A stretch of 58,410 nucleotides of DNA from Patescibacteria group bacterium (GCA_024277435.1 JAJRVJ010000015.1:1-58410), one strand, 5' to 3'; shown: positions 20,503-31,329, numbered from the stretch's first letter. Notes: a model not told the origin generated them from the sequence alone. Made by a program: numbers and translations.

Positions 20503-23235
20503 ATGACGAAGCGTAGAAAGAAATTAATCATAATCGATGGTAATGCAGTAATTCATAGGGCGTTTCACGCTCTACCACCGCTTACCACTAAGGATGGAAC
20601 CGTAGTAAATGCTCTCTACGGGTTTTTAAATATTGTGTTTAAAGTTATTAAAGATCTTAAGCCAGAATATGTAGCGGTAACGTTTGATGTAAAAGGACCT
20701 ACGTTTCGACACGAAATGTACAAAGCATATAAAGTTACGCGCAAAAAGCAACCTGATGAATTATACGCGCAGATTCCGATGGCGCGGGAGGCTATTGAAG
20801 CATTTGGCTTTACGGTTTATGAAAAGAAGGGTTTTGAGGCGGATGATGTCATTGGTACTATTACTGCTCAAGTACCAAAAGCAGTTGATAGCTATATTGT
20901 TACCGGTGACATGGATGCATTGCAGCTGGTGGATGACCATACATTTGTATTTACTATGCGCAAAGGAGTGAGCGATACAGTTATATACGATAAGAAGGCG
21001 GTTGAAGAAAAGTACGGTGGCTTAACAGTGGATCAGATGATTGATTATAAAGCGCTGCGCGGTGATCCATCTGATAATATTCCGGGCGTTCGAGGAATTG
21101 GTGAAAAGGGCGCCATTAATTTACTCACAGAATACACAACAGTAGAAAATGTAATTAAGAATGTTGATAAATTAAAGGGCGCAGTTCAGAACAAAATAAC
21201 AGAGGGCAAAGATGATGCATTGCTTTCAAAAAAATTAGCTACTATTAAGCGGGACGTGCCAGTTGATTTTTCAATGCAGGATGTTGAGGTGAACGGATAT
21301 GATCGCAACGCTGTACTAAAGGTCATTCAAAAATATGAATTTAAATCACTTCTTAAACAATTACCAGATTTAGAAAAGGCTACCAGTAGCGGTCCGCAAC
21401 CTAGTTTATTTGATTCTCCGCAGGAAGAGGGTGAGGAAATAGATTTTTTAGCTGGTAGCGGATATACGTTAATTGATACAGCAGCAGCTGCTAAGAAATT
21501 AGTTAAAGAGTTAACTGCTCTAGAGTTGTTTGCATTTGATACGGAGACAACTAGCCTTGATCCATTACAATGCGAGTTGGTTGGATTTAGTGTGAGCTGG
21601 AAAGAAGGTACGGGTTATTATATCCCCGCTAAACATGTGCAAGAATTCGTAAAAGTATTTACTAATCCAGCTATTGGTAAAACGGGTCACAATATAAAGT
21701 TCGATATTAAAGTATTGAAGGCTACCTCGGGTATTGAGGTTCAGGGTATTGAATATGATTCTATGCTGGCATCATATGTAATGAATCCTGGAACCCGTGG
21801 GCACGGATTGGATTCATTGGCTCTCACAGAATTTGCTTATGAAATGATGCCATTTACATCATTAGTGGGTAAGGGTAAGAAAGCTATTCTTATTACTGAT
21901 GTGCCCCTTAATAAGTTAGCTTTTTATGCGGCGGAAGATGCTGATTATACTTGGCGGCTATATGAAATATTTAAGCCACGCGTAAAGAAGGCGAAGCTAG
22001 AAAAGGTTATGCAGATGGAAATTAATTTGACTCCAGTGCTGGCAAATATGGAAATGGCAGGAATATCCATTGATACAGCATATTTAAAAAAAATGGGTAC
22101 TAGCTTAGCCAAGGAAATTACTGCAATTGAAAAAAAGATATATAAATATGCTGGGAAGGAATTTAACATCGCATCTCCTAAGCAATTAAAAGAAATATTA
22201 TTTGAGGAGTTAAAACTTGATACGGAGGGCTTGAAAAAAACTAAAACGGGAGTATCAACTGCCGCATCGGAACTTGAAAAATTACGATCGCAACATGATA
22301 TTATTGATTTAATTACGGAATTTAGAGAGTATTCTAAATTAAAGTCTACATATGTTGATGCTTTACCAAAATTAGTGAATCCAAAAACAAAACGTATTCA
22401 TACAAGCTACAATCAAACGATTGCGGCAACTGGGCGCCTATCTTCAACGGAGCCAAATTTGCAAAACATTCCTATTCGCACAGAGCTTGGGCGTCAGATT
22501 CGTAAGGCATTTGTAGCGTCAAAAGGTAGGGTACTTCTATCGTTGGACTATTCTCAAGTAGAGCTGCGTATTGTGGCGCACATGGTGAATGATAAAAGTT
22601 TTATTGATGCGTTCAAGGCAGGCGCTGATATTCATACTCGTACTGCTGCAGAAATTAACGATGTTCCGGAAGAGGATGTAACAAAGGATATGCGACGTGA
22701 TGCAAAGGCTGTTAATTTTGGAATTTTATATGGCATGGGTGCGTATGGCTTAGCTCGTGATTCGGGTATGTCTACACATGATGCCAAAGAATATTTGGAT
22801 AGATACTTTCAAAATCACCCCGCTATTGAAAAGTACATTGAAGATACAAAGGCCTCAACACGTGAAACGGGTTATGCGGAAACTATATTTGGGCGCAAGC
22901 GCTTCTTGCCAGATATTAATTCTGGAATGGCAATGGTGCGGGCTGGTGCCGAGCGGGCGGCAATAAACATGCCAGTACAAGGTACGGCAGCCGATTTAAT
23001 GAAGATGGCTATGTTAGATGTGGCGCAGGCTATTACAGAGGGTAAGATTGATGCAGAGATGCTATTGCAGGTACATGATGAATTAGTATTTGAAGTTGAT
23101 GCGAAGATAGTTAAGGAAGAGGCTAAAAAGATTAAGGCAATTATGGAGGCTGTATATACATTAAAGGTACCATTTTTAGTAGACGTAGGCATTGGTACCG
23201 ATTGGATGAATTTAGAAGACGTTGAGATCGAGTAG
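20503..23235 (+). CDS. polA: DNA polymerase I
   Basis: 5'-3' exonuclease (IDGN..HRAFHA, EADD), 3'-5' exonuclease (FDTETT), polymerase motifs DYSQVELR, KAVNFGILYG, QVHDE. Confidence 0.98.
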   Translation: MTKRRKKLIIIDGNAVIHRAFHALPPLTTKDGTVVNALYGFLNIVFKVIKDLKPEYVAVTFDVKGPTFRHEMYKAYKVTRKKQPDELYAQIPMAREAIEAFGFTVYEKKGFEADDVIGTITAQVPKAVDSYIVTGDMDALQLVDDHTFVFTMRKGVSDTVIYDKKAVEEKYGGLTVDQMIDYKALRGDPSDNIPGVRGIGEKGAINLLTEYTTVENVIKNVDKLKGAVQNKITEGKDDALLSKKLATIKRDVPVDFSMQDVEVNGYDRNAVLKVIQKYEFKSLLKQLPDLEKATSSGPQPSLFDSPQEEGEEIDFLAGSGYTLIDTAAAAKKLVKELTALELFAFDTETTSLDPLQCELVGFSVSWKEGTGYYIPAKHVQEFVKVFTNPAIGKTGHNIKFDIKVLKATSGIEVQGIEYDSMLASYVMNPGTRGHGLDSLALTEFAYEMMPFTSLVGKGKKAILITDVPLNKLAFYAAEDADYTWRLYEIFKPRVKKAKLEKVMQMEINLTPVLANMEMAGISIDTAYLKKMGTSLAKEITAIEKKIYKYAGKEFNIASPKQLKEILFEELKLDTEGLKKTKTGVSTAASELEKLRSQHDIIDLITEFREYSKLKSTYVDALPKLVNPKTKRIHTSYNQTIAATGRLSSTEPNLQNIPIRTELGRQIRKAFVASKGRVLLSLDYSQVELRIVAHMVNDKSFIDAFKAGADIHTRTAAEINDVPEEDVTKDMRRDAKAVNFGILYGMGAYGLARDSGMSTHDAKEYLDRYFQNHPAIEKYIEDTKASTRETGYAETIFGRKRFLPDINSGMAMVRAGAERAAINMPVQGTAADLMKMAMLDVAQAITEGKIDAEMLLQVHDELVFEVDAKIVKEEAKKIKAIMEAVYTLKVPFLVDVGIGTDWMNLEDVEIE

Positions 23236-23237
23236 GG

Positions 23238-23840
23238 ATGGCTATGCGTCACAAGACAGTATTTATTTTGCGAGTTATCTATATAGTGATTGCCATTGGA
23301 TTATCTACATTTGCAGCGTATAGAGTATTCTTTACCGCCAGTGATCAATTATCTAGAATCGAATCTGTTGGTTTAGAGTTTTATTTTCTAGCTGCGCTTT
23401 TTTCTATATATCTATATGTTTTTCAATGGAAGTATTTACCGGATGAGTGGAATGAGTTTGCTGTTATCGCATTATCTCCATTTGTATTGCTAGTGAGTTC
23501 TGGCGAAAGAGTAATTTCTTTGGGGGATCAGTTAGCTGTATTAGGAGCGCAGTTGTTAATAATTCCCCTAGCGTTTACGATTTTTCTAGTATTTGGACAA
23601 TTCTTTTCTAAAACCACAAAGACTAATAGAGTATCAGATAAGATAATCAAAACAATATTAATGTTGCTTATTTATGGATTTATTGGTGTTATTATTGGAA
23701 TAGCTAGCTACGCTTTATTTAACTATTATATTTGGGAGAGTTCTATTAATTCCTTAGCTGATTGGTCTTCATTGTTATTCATATTGGCGAATGTAATTAT
23801 TGTCGCACGTCATTATAAGTTAGATTATCTATTGAGTTGA
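23238..23840 (+). CDS. Hypothetical membrane protein
   Basis: 200 aa with about six hydrophobic segments, directly after polA. Confidence 0.7.
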   Translation: MAMRHKTVFILRVIYIVIAIGLSTFAAYRVFFTASDQLSRIESVGLEFYFLAALFSIYLYVFQWKYLPDEWNEFAVIALSPFVLLVSSGERVISLGDQLAVLGAQLLIIPLAFTIFLVFGQFFSKTTKTNRVSDKIIKTILMLLIYGFIGVIIGIASYALFNYYIWESSINSLADWSSLLFILANVIIVARHYKLDYLLS

Positions 23841-23921
23841 CATATTTTAGAGAATAATAAGATGTCCTCCAGGAGGAAGTGAACCTTCCAAAAATCAACT
23901 CAACTCTTACTCGAGGTGGCT

Positions 23922-24134
23922 ATGTCCATCAATGCTGATCAGTTCCGTGGCACCACTCCCAAGGCTGGTGTTGGTCGCCATGCAGTGGTGATCGGCGCAG
24001 GCGTGGTTGGCCTCATGTTGGCTTGGCGCCTGCTTGAGGATGGTTGGACTGTAACTGTTCTGGAGGCGAGCGGTGGTGTTTGGCTGATGTTCGCCAGCGC
24101 TTCCATTTCTAGGCATCTTTCCCTATACTGTTAG
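23922..24134 (+). pseudogene. GC-rich fragment of an FAD-dependent oxidoreductase (cassette C)
   Basis: AVVIGAGVVGLMLAWRLLEDGWTVTVLE is a Rossmann beta-alpha-beta motif only; SD GAGGTG; only 70 aa. Confidence 0.65.
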
Positions 24135-24140
24135 ATACCT

Positions 24141-25061
24141 ATGATTATATTTTTACACGGTGAGGACAATTTTCGAATTCACGAACGCGTTGGTATTTTA
24201 CGCAATGGCTTTGTTACTAAATATGACTCTACAGGCTTAAGTATTAAAGAATTATATGGCAGCAGTCTAACAGTTGATGAAATTCGTTCTAGCTTATTAA
24301 CCGTTGGTTCATTTACCGAGAAGCGCTTTGTAGTTATTCATGATGCGCTGGATATGAAAGCAGCTCAAGTTGATGTATTACTTAAAACATTAGATGCTAT
24401 TGATGAAGATACAGTGCTGGTATGTACAGCTGGCGCATTACCAAAAAAATCTAGCGATCTTCAAAAACGTTTATTAGAAGCCGATCGGGTGGAGGAGTAT
24501 GGGTTGCTGCAGGATGGCCAGCTACGTAATTGGATTACGCAGCGCGTAACGGATGGTAAGGCTACCATATCTAAAGAGGCTCTAGCCTATCTTATGCAGG
24601 CCGTAGGTAATGATTTATGGACAATGCATCATGCTATAGATCAGCTTATCTATTATACTCAGTCACACGATGATGGCATTTCATTAGAAGCTACTGAGTT
24701 ATTTGTACCATCAGCGATTGACGATAATATTTTTCATTTTACGGATGCGTTATCTGAACGACAAACGCAACGAGCGCTTACATTATTACATGATCAATTT
24801 TCTAGTGGCGCTAATGCATTCTATGTGATGTCTATGATTGCTCGGCAGATACGGATTCTCATTCAAGTGAAAGAAACTGACAAGCCAAATGGCGTGCATC
24901 CTTATGTAGTTAAAAAAGCTAAAGTACATGCACAGCGCTTTGCGCTTGAAGATTTACATAAATTACATACCAAGCTTGTAAATATCGATAGGGATCTTAA
25001 ATCCTCAGTAGTTAATCCAAAATTATTGCTTGATCAATTTGTGATTGAAGCAACAAAGTAG
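24141..25061 (+). CDS. holA: DNA polymerase III subunit delta
   Basis: IIFLHGED, KRFVVI, NIFHFTDA, HPYVVKK; adjacent to rpsT. Confidence 0.92.
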   Translation: MIIFLHGEDNFRIHERVGILRNGFVTKYDSTGLSIKELYGSSLTVDEIRSSLLTVGSFTEKRFVVIHDALDMKAAQVDVLLKTLDAIDEDTVLVCTAGALPKKSSDLQKRLLEADRVEEYGLLQDGQLRNWITQRVTDGKATISKEALAYLMQAVGNDLWTMHHAIDQLIYYTQSHDDGISLEATELFVPSAIDDNIFHFTDALSERQTQRALTLLHDQFSSGANAFYVMSMIARQIRILIQVKETDKPNGVHPYVVKKAKVHAQRFALEDLHKLHTKLVNIDRDLKSSVVNPKLLLDQFVIEATK

Positions 25062-25068
25062 TATAAAC

Positions 25069-25098
25069 AAAAAAAGACGCCAATCGGCGCCTTTTTTA
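25069..25098. terminator. Bidirectional terminator between holA and rpsT
   Basis: A-tract, AGACGCC-AATC-GGCGCCT, T-tract between convergent genes. Confidence 0.65.
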
Positions 25099-25108
25099 TT
25101 TTCAATAC

Positions 25109-25375
25109 CTATCCTTTGAGGGTAGTATTGATTTTTTTCATTAATCGAGATTTCTTGCGAGCTCCTGTATTTTTATGGAGCGTTCCTTTTTCAACAGCTT
25201 TGTCGATTGCTTTACAAGCAGCTTCTACTTTTTTAATAGCGTTGGCTTCTTTCTTCTCGATAGCAACTAGGCTTTCTTTAGTAAGCTTCTTTACCGTACG
25301 TTTACGAGTTCGATTGCGTTTAGCACGTTTCTCAGATTGACGGAGAGCTTTAATAGCAGATTGTTTAACAGGCAT
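25109..25375 (-). CDS. rpsT: 30S ribosomal protein S20
   Basis: MPVKQSAIKALRQS...DKAVEKGTLHKNTGARKKSRL. Confidence 0.95.
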   Translation of the reverse strand: MPVKQSAIKALRQSEKRAKRNRTRKRTVKKLTKESLVAIEKKEANAIKKVEAACKAIDKAVEKGTLHKNTGARKKSRLMKKINTTLKG

Positions 25376-25487
25376 AGTTTTTCTATAGACGCATTGCAAT
25401 GCGTCTTTATATTAGTTATAAAATATCTAGTGAGCATGGTATTTATACGTATGACGGATAATACCATATTATGTAGTTTTGGCAAGC

Positions 25488-25868
25488 CTATAATAAACTA
25501 GACTTATATTTATCTGGACGGAATGCATCAATACGAACAACGGTAATATTTGGTGAGGGTGATTGAAAGTCCGGCGCTTGATCGTAGCCCAGGCAGATGA
25601 TATCTGGATTTACCTGCGTAATCACTTCTTTTTTTCGTGAAAAATCTTCAAATCCCAGAATAGCTGTATCAACAGTTGAAAATTCTTCAACCATTTTCCT
25701 GCGCTCCTCTTCGTTATGGACTGGTCGCTTACCTTTAATTACTTCTACATTATTATCGCGAGCAATTACTACAATTAATGTATCTCCTAATTTCTTTGCT
25801 CGAGTGAGAAAATATTCATGTCCGGGATGAAATTTATCGTAGGTGCCAAACGCTAAAACAGTTTTCAT
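25488..25868 (-). CDS. Cytidylyltransferase-family protein (RibL-like FAD synthase)
   Basis: FGTYDKFHPGH, ARD, LGYDQ, YKSS motifs. Confidence 0.8.
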   Translation of the reverse strand: MKTVLAFGTYDKFHPGHEYFLTRAKKLGDTLIVVIARDNNVEVIKGKRPVHNEEERRKMVEEFSTVDTAILGFEDFSRKKEVITQVNPDIICLGYDQAPDFQSPSPNITVVRIDAFRPDKYKSSLL

Positions 25869-25869
25869 A

Positions 25870-27837
25870 TTATTTGATGATTTTTAATCGTTTGATCTCA
25901 TCTCGTATTGCAGCGGCTTGTTCAAATTGTAAACTTTCAGATGCAATTTTCATTTGGTGCTCTAAGTCGGAAATTAGCCAAGCACGCTCCTGCTTTGATA
26001 GTCGCCTAGGATCAACATTAGTGCTTTCTAGTTCTATATCACGCTGTCCCGATAAGCGATTATCGCGAATGGCTTTTGTGATGCTCTGTGGTGTTATGTT
26101 GTGTTCCTTATTGTACGCTTGTTGAATTTTTCGACGCCGCTCAGTTTCTGAAATCGCAGCATTCATTGCATCGGTAAGTTGATTGGCGTACATGATTACT
26201 TTTCCATTTTTATGACGGGCGGCTCGACCGATGGTTTGAATTAATGCGGAGGCGCTGCGCAAAAATCCCTGTTTGTCTGCATCAAGGATAGCTACAAGTG
26301 ATACTTCAGGAAGATCTAATCCTTCACGCAACAAATTAATACCAACTACAACATCACATACTCCAGATCGTAAGTCATGTAGAATTTCTAATCGCTCGAA
26401 GGTATCAATTTCTGAATGGAGATACTGCACTGAAATTTTTTGCTCTTGAAGGAATTCGGTAAGTTCTTCAGCCATTCGTTTTGTGAGTGTGGTGATCAGT
26501 GTCCGCTCAGCTCTATCCACACGATCATTAATTTCCTCAATGAGGTTTTCGATTTGATTGCGTGTAGGCCGCACATCAATAGGCGGATCTAGGAGGCCAG
26601 TTGGACGAATGATTTGTTCGGCTACAACCGTGGAGCGCTCTAGCTCATACTCTTTTGGAGTCGCTGACACATATATCACCTGGTTAATATGCTCATCGAA
26701 TTCATCGTATTGTAATGGCCGATTGTCTAGCGCCGCTTTTAAACGGAAGCCATAATCCACCAGGTTTTGTTTACGAGCCCTATCTCCTTTGTACATACCG
26801 CGTATTTGTGGAAGCGTCATGTGTGATTCATCAATGAACATTAAGAAATCATCAGGAAAGTAATCAAGTAATGTATATGGTGGCTCTCCTGTTTTACGTC
26901 GATCGAAATAGCGAGAATAGTTTTCTATGCCATTAACATACCCGGTTTCCCAAATCATTTCAGTATCGTAGGTTGTACGTTGCTTTAAACGGTGGGCCTC
27001 TAGTTCATTGCCGCGTTTTTCTAGTGCAGCAACCTCTTTTTTCATATCACCTTTAATTTGATCAAGAACTTCTTTTACATTTTCGGTTGGGGTAACGTAA
27101 TGCGTGGCTGGATAAATATCAATTTCTTCTAATATGTCACCTGACGTGTTTGTAAGAGCATGAAATTCCTGGATGAGCTCAATCTCATCACCAAAAAAAC
27201 GAATACGTATAGCAGTGTGTTCGGATGTTGCGGGGAAAATTTCTAATACCTCACCTTTTACACGAAATAATCCGCGGGTGAATTCTACATCGTTGCGTTC
27301 ATAGCGCATGGCAAGGAGTCTTTCAAAAATATCGCGGCGTGACATTTCTTTTCCACGCTGAATAGTAAGGCTGGCACTTTTATATTTTTCTGGTGACCCT
27401 AAGCCATAGATGCAAGATACTGATGCAACTATTAGAACGTCGCGCCGCGATAATAGCGCGGTGGTGGCAGCATGGCGTAGTCGTTCGATTTCTTTATTAA
27501 GTTCAGTGCTTTTTTCTATGTAGGTATCGGACCGTGGTAGGTAACTTTCTGGTTGATAATAATCATAAAATGATACGAAATAATGAATAGCGTTATTGGG
27601 GAAGAATTCACGAAACTCGGCAGCGAGCTGAGCAGCGAGCGTTTTATTGTGAGAAACAACTAATGTAGGCCTCTGCAACTCATTAACAATATTTGCCATT
27701 GTGAAGGTTTTGCCTGATCCAGTAACGCCTAGTAGGGTTTGTTCGCGATGATTTTTTTTAATGCCGGCAACAAGCTTTTTGATAGCCTGGGGCTGATCGC
27801 CTGTTGGTTTAAATTTTGACTCTAACTTAAATTTCAT
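25870..27837 (-). CDS. uvrB: Excinuclease ABC subunit B
   Basis: PTGDQP, LGVTGSGKT, YDYYQPE, DESH, C-terminal UVR domain; start MKFKL at 27837. Confidence 0.98.
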   Translation of the reverse strand: MKFKLESKFKPTGDQPQAIKKLVAGIKKNHREQTLLGVTGSGKTFTMANIVNELQRPTLVVSHNKTLAAQLAAEFREFFPNNAIHYFVSFYDYYQPESYLPRSDTYIEKSTELNKEIERLRHAATTALLSRRDVLIVASVSCIYGLGSPEKYKSASLTIQRGKEMSRRDIFERLLAMRYERNDVEFTRGLFRVKGEVLEIFPATSEHTAIRIRFFGDEIELIQEFHALTNTSGDILEEIDIYPATHYVTPTENVKEVLDQIKGDMKKEVAALEKRGNELEAHRLKQRTTYDTEMIWETGYVNGIENYSRYFDRRKTGEPPYTLLDYFPDDFLMFIDESHMTLPQIRGMYKGDRARKQNLVDYGFRLKAALDNRPLQYDEFDEHINQVIYVSATPKEYELERSTVVAEQIIRPTGLLDPPIDVRPTRNQIENLIEEINDRVDRAERTLITTLTKRMAEELTEFLQEQKISVQYLHSEIDTFERLEILHDLRSGVCDVVVGINLLREGLDLPEVSLVAILDADKQGFLRSASALIQTIGRAARHKNGKVIMYANQLTDAMNAAISETERRRKIQQAYNKEHNITPQSITKAIRDNRLSGQRDIELESTNVDPRRLSKQERAWLISDLEHQMKIASESLQFEQAAAIRDEIKRLKIIK

Positions 27838-27912
27838 GGTGAAAAGAGTATACCATATACGTGCAGCATACATTGACAAAAGGCAGTATTTATAGTATAT
27901 TGCGTTATATTT

Positions 27913-28992
27913 ATGAAAAAACATGAACATCACCTACAGGGTAGAGATTATGATCGCATCATGGATGAGACTTCTGCTCGATTGGAGCGACACACAGAAT
28001 CTTTGAGAGAAGCTCAGGAGTATTTACGTGAGGCAGCTGATGATAAGCCATTTTTATTGGTAGACGCAACTTTTGATCGGGCTGCTAAATGGTTACGAAA
28101 AGGTAGTAAAGAGTTAGTTGCTATGAATAACGGCTGGAGTGAATTACTTGCATTATATTTGCAAAAATTATTTTGCGGTGAATTCCCAGATTCTACATTG
28201 AAAATTTTTCAACATTATGTTGGTCCGGATATTCAATTAGTAAAACATGATGTGCGTAATTCAACGGGATTGAATTCGATGGAAACGCAAGAATTCTCCG
28301 CCGCATTTTTTAGTGGTTCTGCTGCTAATGTGAGTTATGCGTTTAATGAGCAGTTAAGCCGTTTGCGCGTAAGAGGATCTGAGACTGATGGCTATAAAGT
28401 ATTAAATCATGCTGATGTATATAGGCGAACAGCACTGTTGTATGAACAAATCTCAGAATTAGGCATTCCAGTACAGGCAATGTGCTTTGGACATCAATTA
28501 ATTGGAAGGGAACATGGTGGTGAAGTTGGTCGTGCCCCGGACGGATCCACCGCAGGTTTAGGCATGCGCAATGTTGAGCAAACAGCTTACGCAGGTGAAT
28601 TGTTTGCTGGACTAGGTTTTACCGAGAAAATGGAGGGTGTTGTGCCAGCATATCATGATGAAGCGGTTACTCGCCCTAGCCATCGTTCGGCTGTGGTGTT
28701 GCGTTCTACTGATCAGGATCCTGGTACAGTATATGGAATGATTCATGCAGCGAATTTTGCTTTTACTGGTGACGCTAAACTTGATGCGGGAATGTTAAAG
28801 GCCCATATTGAGGATGGAAGGCACGTTGCGCTTACCACACAATATCATCCGGAGTTTGAGGGGATTATGCCATTTGTAGAATTTCAGGCTACGGGCGACT
28901 TTGATTCGTTCGATCAAAATTATGAACCACAAATGGCAGCATTAATGTTGAAGTTATTTTCAGCCGTCATTAAAATGCGACAAGGGGCTTAA
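27913..28992 (+). CDS. Class I glutamine amidotransferase-like protein
   Basis: Nucleophile elbow MCFGHQ and QYHPE (Cys-His-Glu triad). Confidence 0.75.
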   Translation: MKKHEHHLQGRDYDRIMDETSARLERHTESLREAQEYLREAADDKPFLLVDATFDRAAKWLRKGSKELVAMNNGWSELLALYLQKLFCGEFPDSTLKIFQHYVGPDIQLVKHDVRNSTGLNSMETQEFSAAFFSGSAANVSYAFNEQLSRLRVRGSETDGYKVLNHADVYRRTALLYEQISELGIPVQAMCFGHQLIGREHGGEVGRAPDGSTAGLGMRNVEQTAYAGELFAGLGFTEKMEGVVPAYHDEAVTRPSHRSAVVLRSTDQDPGTVYGMIHAANFAFTGDAKLDAGMLKAHIEDGRHVALTTQYHPEFEGIMPFVEFQATGDFDSFDQNYEPQMAALMLKLFSAVIKMRQGA

Positions 28993-28995
28993 ATA

Positions 28996-30693
28996 TTATA
29001 GGGGGCTTCCAAGGTCCTTTAGAAGATGAACAATTTCTTCTTGATGAGAGTGACTAGCGTTGGCTAGCTTCTCTTTTTTTAGAATAGATTTTAAGTAATC
29101 TAAGCTAATTGATTCTGGATGCAATACAAATGTAGCTCCTTCTTTATAGAAGCGTTCGGCGTCAACTAGTTGGTCAGCTGAAACAATAACATCGGCCTTA
29201 ACTTTAAAGTGTTTAATATATTGTAGTAAGCTTAGAGTTGTTTCTGTATACGGCACGATTGAGATAATCATATCCGCATCTTGCACATTGGCGCGCTCTA
29301 AAATATCTTCATCGCGCATATCTCCATATAAATAATACACATCTTGGTTTTTTATCGCCTCAGAACTTAGCGGGTTGTAATCTACAACGATAATATCTTT
29401 CTTCAGATGCTTAAGTGCTTTGAGAATTTTATTTACGGGAGCATGATACCCAAATACAACGATGTGTTTATGTAGCTCTTTAGGTAGATGACTTCCCTGT
29501 TCATCTTTATCATGAATACGGAGTTTTTGGAGCATAGGTTTTGCAAATGCATAGATTTTTTCATTATAGGTAATTGCATATGTAGATACCGTCATTGTCA
29601 CGAGGCCAATAATTGCAATCATTGATACGACATTATGATCAATAAGGCCTTGTTCTAATCCTACGTTGGCTAGTATAAAAGAGAATTCACTAATTTGACC
29701 AATGGCTAATCCTGTAAATAGAGCGGTGCGTTGTTTGTGTTTACCAAAACGTAGAATGGTATACACAATCAGCGGATTACCAATCAATACAAATAGTGTA
29801 AGAATGAGCGTTGCTATAATAAGCTGTGCATTGAAGCTTAAAATCAGCTGACTTCCAACATACGCAAAGAAAAATACAATGAAGAAGTCGCGCAGTGGAC
29901 GAATGCGCGCGGCAATCTCAAAATTGTATTCTAATGTGGCCAACGCAATTCCTGCAAAGAATACCGCAATGGCAATTGAAAAGTTAATAGATAACGCAAT
30001 TGCGCCAAATAGAAGGCACCAGGCAATACTCCAAAGGAATAGTAGTTCTGGTGAGTGACCAATGAATTTAAATATGCGGCGGAAAACAAATTTTGCCAAA
30101 AAGAAAGCGAGGCCAGCAATAAAAATGGTTTTTACGAATAATAAAAGCATGTCTGGCCATGGAATTCCTGTGAGAGAAAGATTGGTTCCAAAGCTTTCTA
30201 GAAGTAATAATGCAAATACAGCTAAGAAATCTTGAATAATTAATATGGCTATTGTAATACGACCATACAGGCTTTGCATTTGCCGCTTTTCACTAAGTAT
30301 TTTTACTATAATAATCGTACTAGATAACGTGAGAGCAATTGAAATAAACCATGATTCTATTAATGAGAAACCTAAACCTAATGCAATGATCCAGCTAAAA
30401 AACCCAGTGAAGAGTACTTGGCCGAAACCAGAAAATAGCGCAACTTTGTTTAGCTCTTTGAATTTACTGATATCTAATTCAATGCCAATGAGAAATAATA
30501 AAAAAGCAATGCCAAAGGTTGCCATTACATCAATAAGCTCATGTGATTGGATCATATCAAGCCCAAGCGGACCTAAGATTATACCTGCCAACATGAATGC
30601 AAGTATAATTGGTTGCTTAAGCCACTTGGCTATAAGTGCTAATGCGGTGCTAACTACGATTACCGCACTAATTTCGAAAAATATTCCTTCCAT
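28996..30693 (-). CDS. CPA2/Kef-type cation:proton antiporter with TrkA-N domain
   Basis: LSSTII, QD, QISEF motifs; C-terminal HIVVFGY...GD KTN domain. Confidence 0.92.
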   Translation of the reverse strand: MEGIFFEISAVIVVSTALALIAKWLKQPIILAFMLAGIILGPLGLDMIQSHELIDVMATFGIAFLLFLIGIELDISKFKELNKVALFSGFGQVLFTGFFSWIIALGLGFSLIESWFISIALTLSSTIIIVKILSEKRQMQSLYGRITIAILIIQDFLAVFALLLLESFGTNLSLTGIPWPDMLLLFVKTIFIAGLAFFLAKFVFRRIFKFIGHSPELLFLWSIAWCLLFGAIALSINFSIAIAVFFAGIALATLEYNFEIAARIRPLRDFFIVFFFAYVGSQLILSFNAQLIIATLILTLFVLIGNPLIVYTILRFGKHKQRTALFTGLAIGQISEFSFILANVGLEQGLIDHNVVSMIAIIGLVTMTVSTYAITYNEKIYAFAKPMLQKLRIHDKDEQGSHLPKELHKHIVVFGYHAPVNKILKALKHLKKDIIVVDYNPLSSEAIKNQDVYYLYGDMRDEDILERANVQDADMIISIVPYTETTLSLLQYIKHFKVKADVIVSADQLVDAERFYKEGATFVLHPESISLDYLKSILKKEKLANASHSHQEEIVHLLKDLGSPL

Positions 30694-30758
30694 TTGGACA
30701 CAAGTATAGCATAAATTTTTCCCTTAATCAAGCCAAAAAAACGTGCTATACTGCTTTT

Positions 30759-31325
30759 ATGATTGCATCACTCAAGGGCACGGTTAGTGTCATTCAAAAA
30801 TTTATCATTGTGGAGGTTAGCGGGGTTGGTTATAAAGTGACTATTCCAGAAACAGTATCAGAATCGTTACGGGTTGGAGATGAAGTAGTATTGTTTACTC
30901 ACCAGCATGTACGTGAAGACATGTTGGATCTATATGGATTTATTTCATTGGCTGAACTTGAATTATTTGAGCAATTAATTAGCGTTTCCGGTGTAGGGCC
31001 AAAAGCTGGACTGGCATTATTATCTCAGTTTAGCGCAGCGCAATTGCAGCAATCAATTATCACTGGTGATACCTCATTACTTACCAAAGTATCTGGTATT
31101 GGTAAAAAAACTGCCGAGCGGTTGATTTTGGAACTGAAGGGTAGTTTGGGCGATGTCATGATTTCAGCTAAAGGATCAGCGAGTGGAGAAGTTGGCATAG
31201 CTGCATCAGCATTAGAGCAATTAGGGTATTCGGCACAAGAGGTATTGGAGGCATTGAAAGATGTTGATTCTGAATCTACAGTTGAAGAACAAATTAAGCA
31301 TGCGCTTGGCGTGCTAGGTAGTTAA
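30759..31325 (+). CDS. ruvA: Holliday junction branch migration protein RuvA
   Basis: MIASLKG, GVGY, VSGVGPK, GIGKKTAERLILEL. Confidence 0.97.
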   Translation: MIASLKGTVSVIQKFIIVEVSGVGYKVTIPETVSESLRVGDEVVLFTHQHVREDMLDLYGFISLAELELFEQLISVSGVGPKAGLALLSQFSAAQLQQSIITGDTSLLTKVSGIGKKTAERLILELKGSLGDVMISAKGSASGEVGIAASALEQLGYSAQEVLEALKDVDSESTVEEQIKHALGVLGS

Positions 31326-31329
31326 ATTC

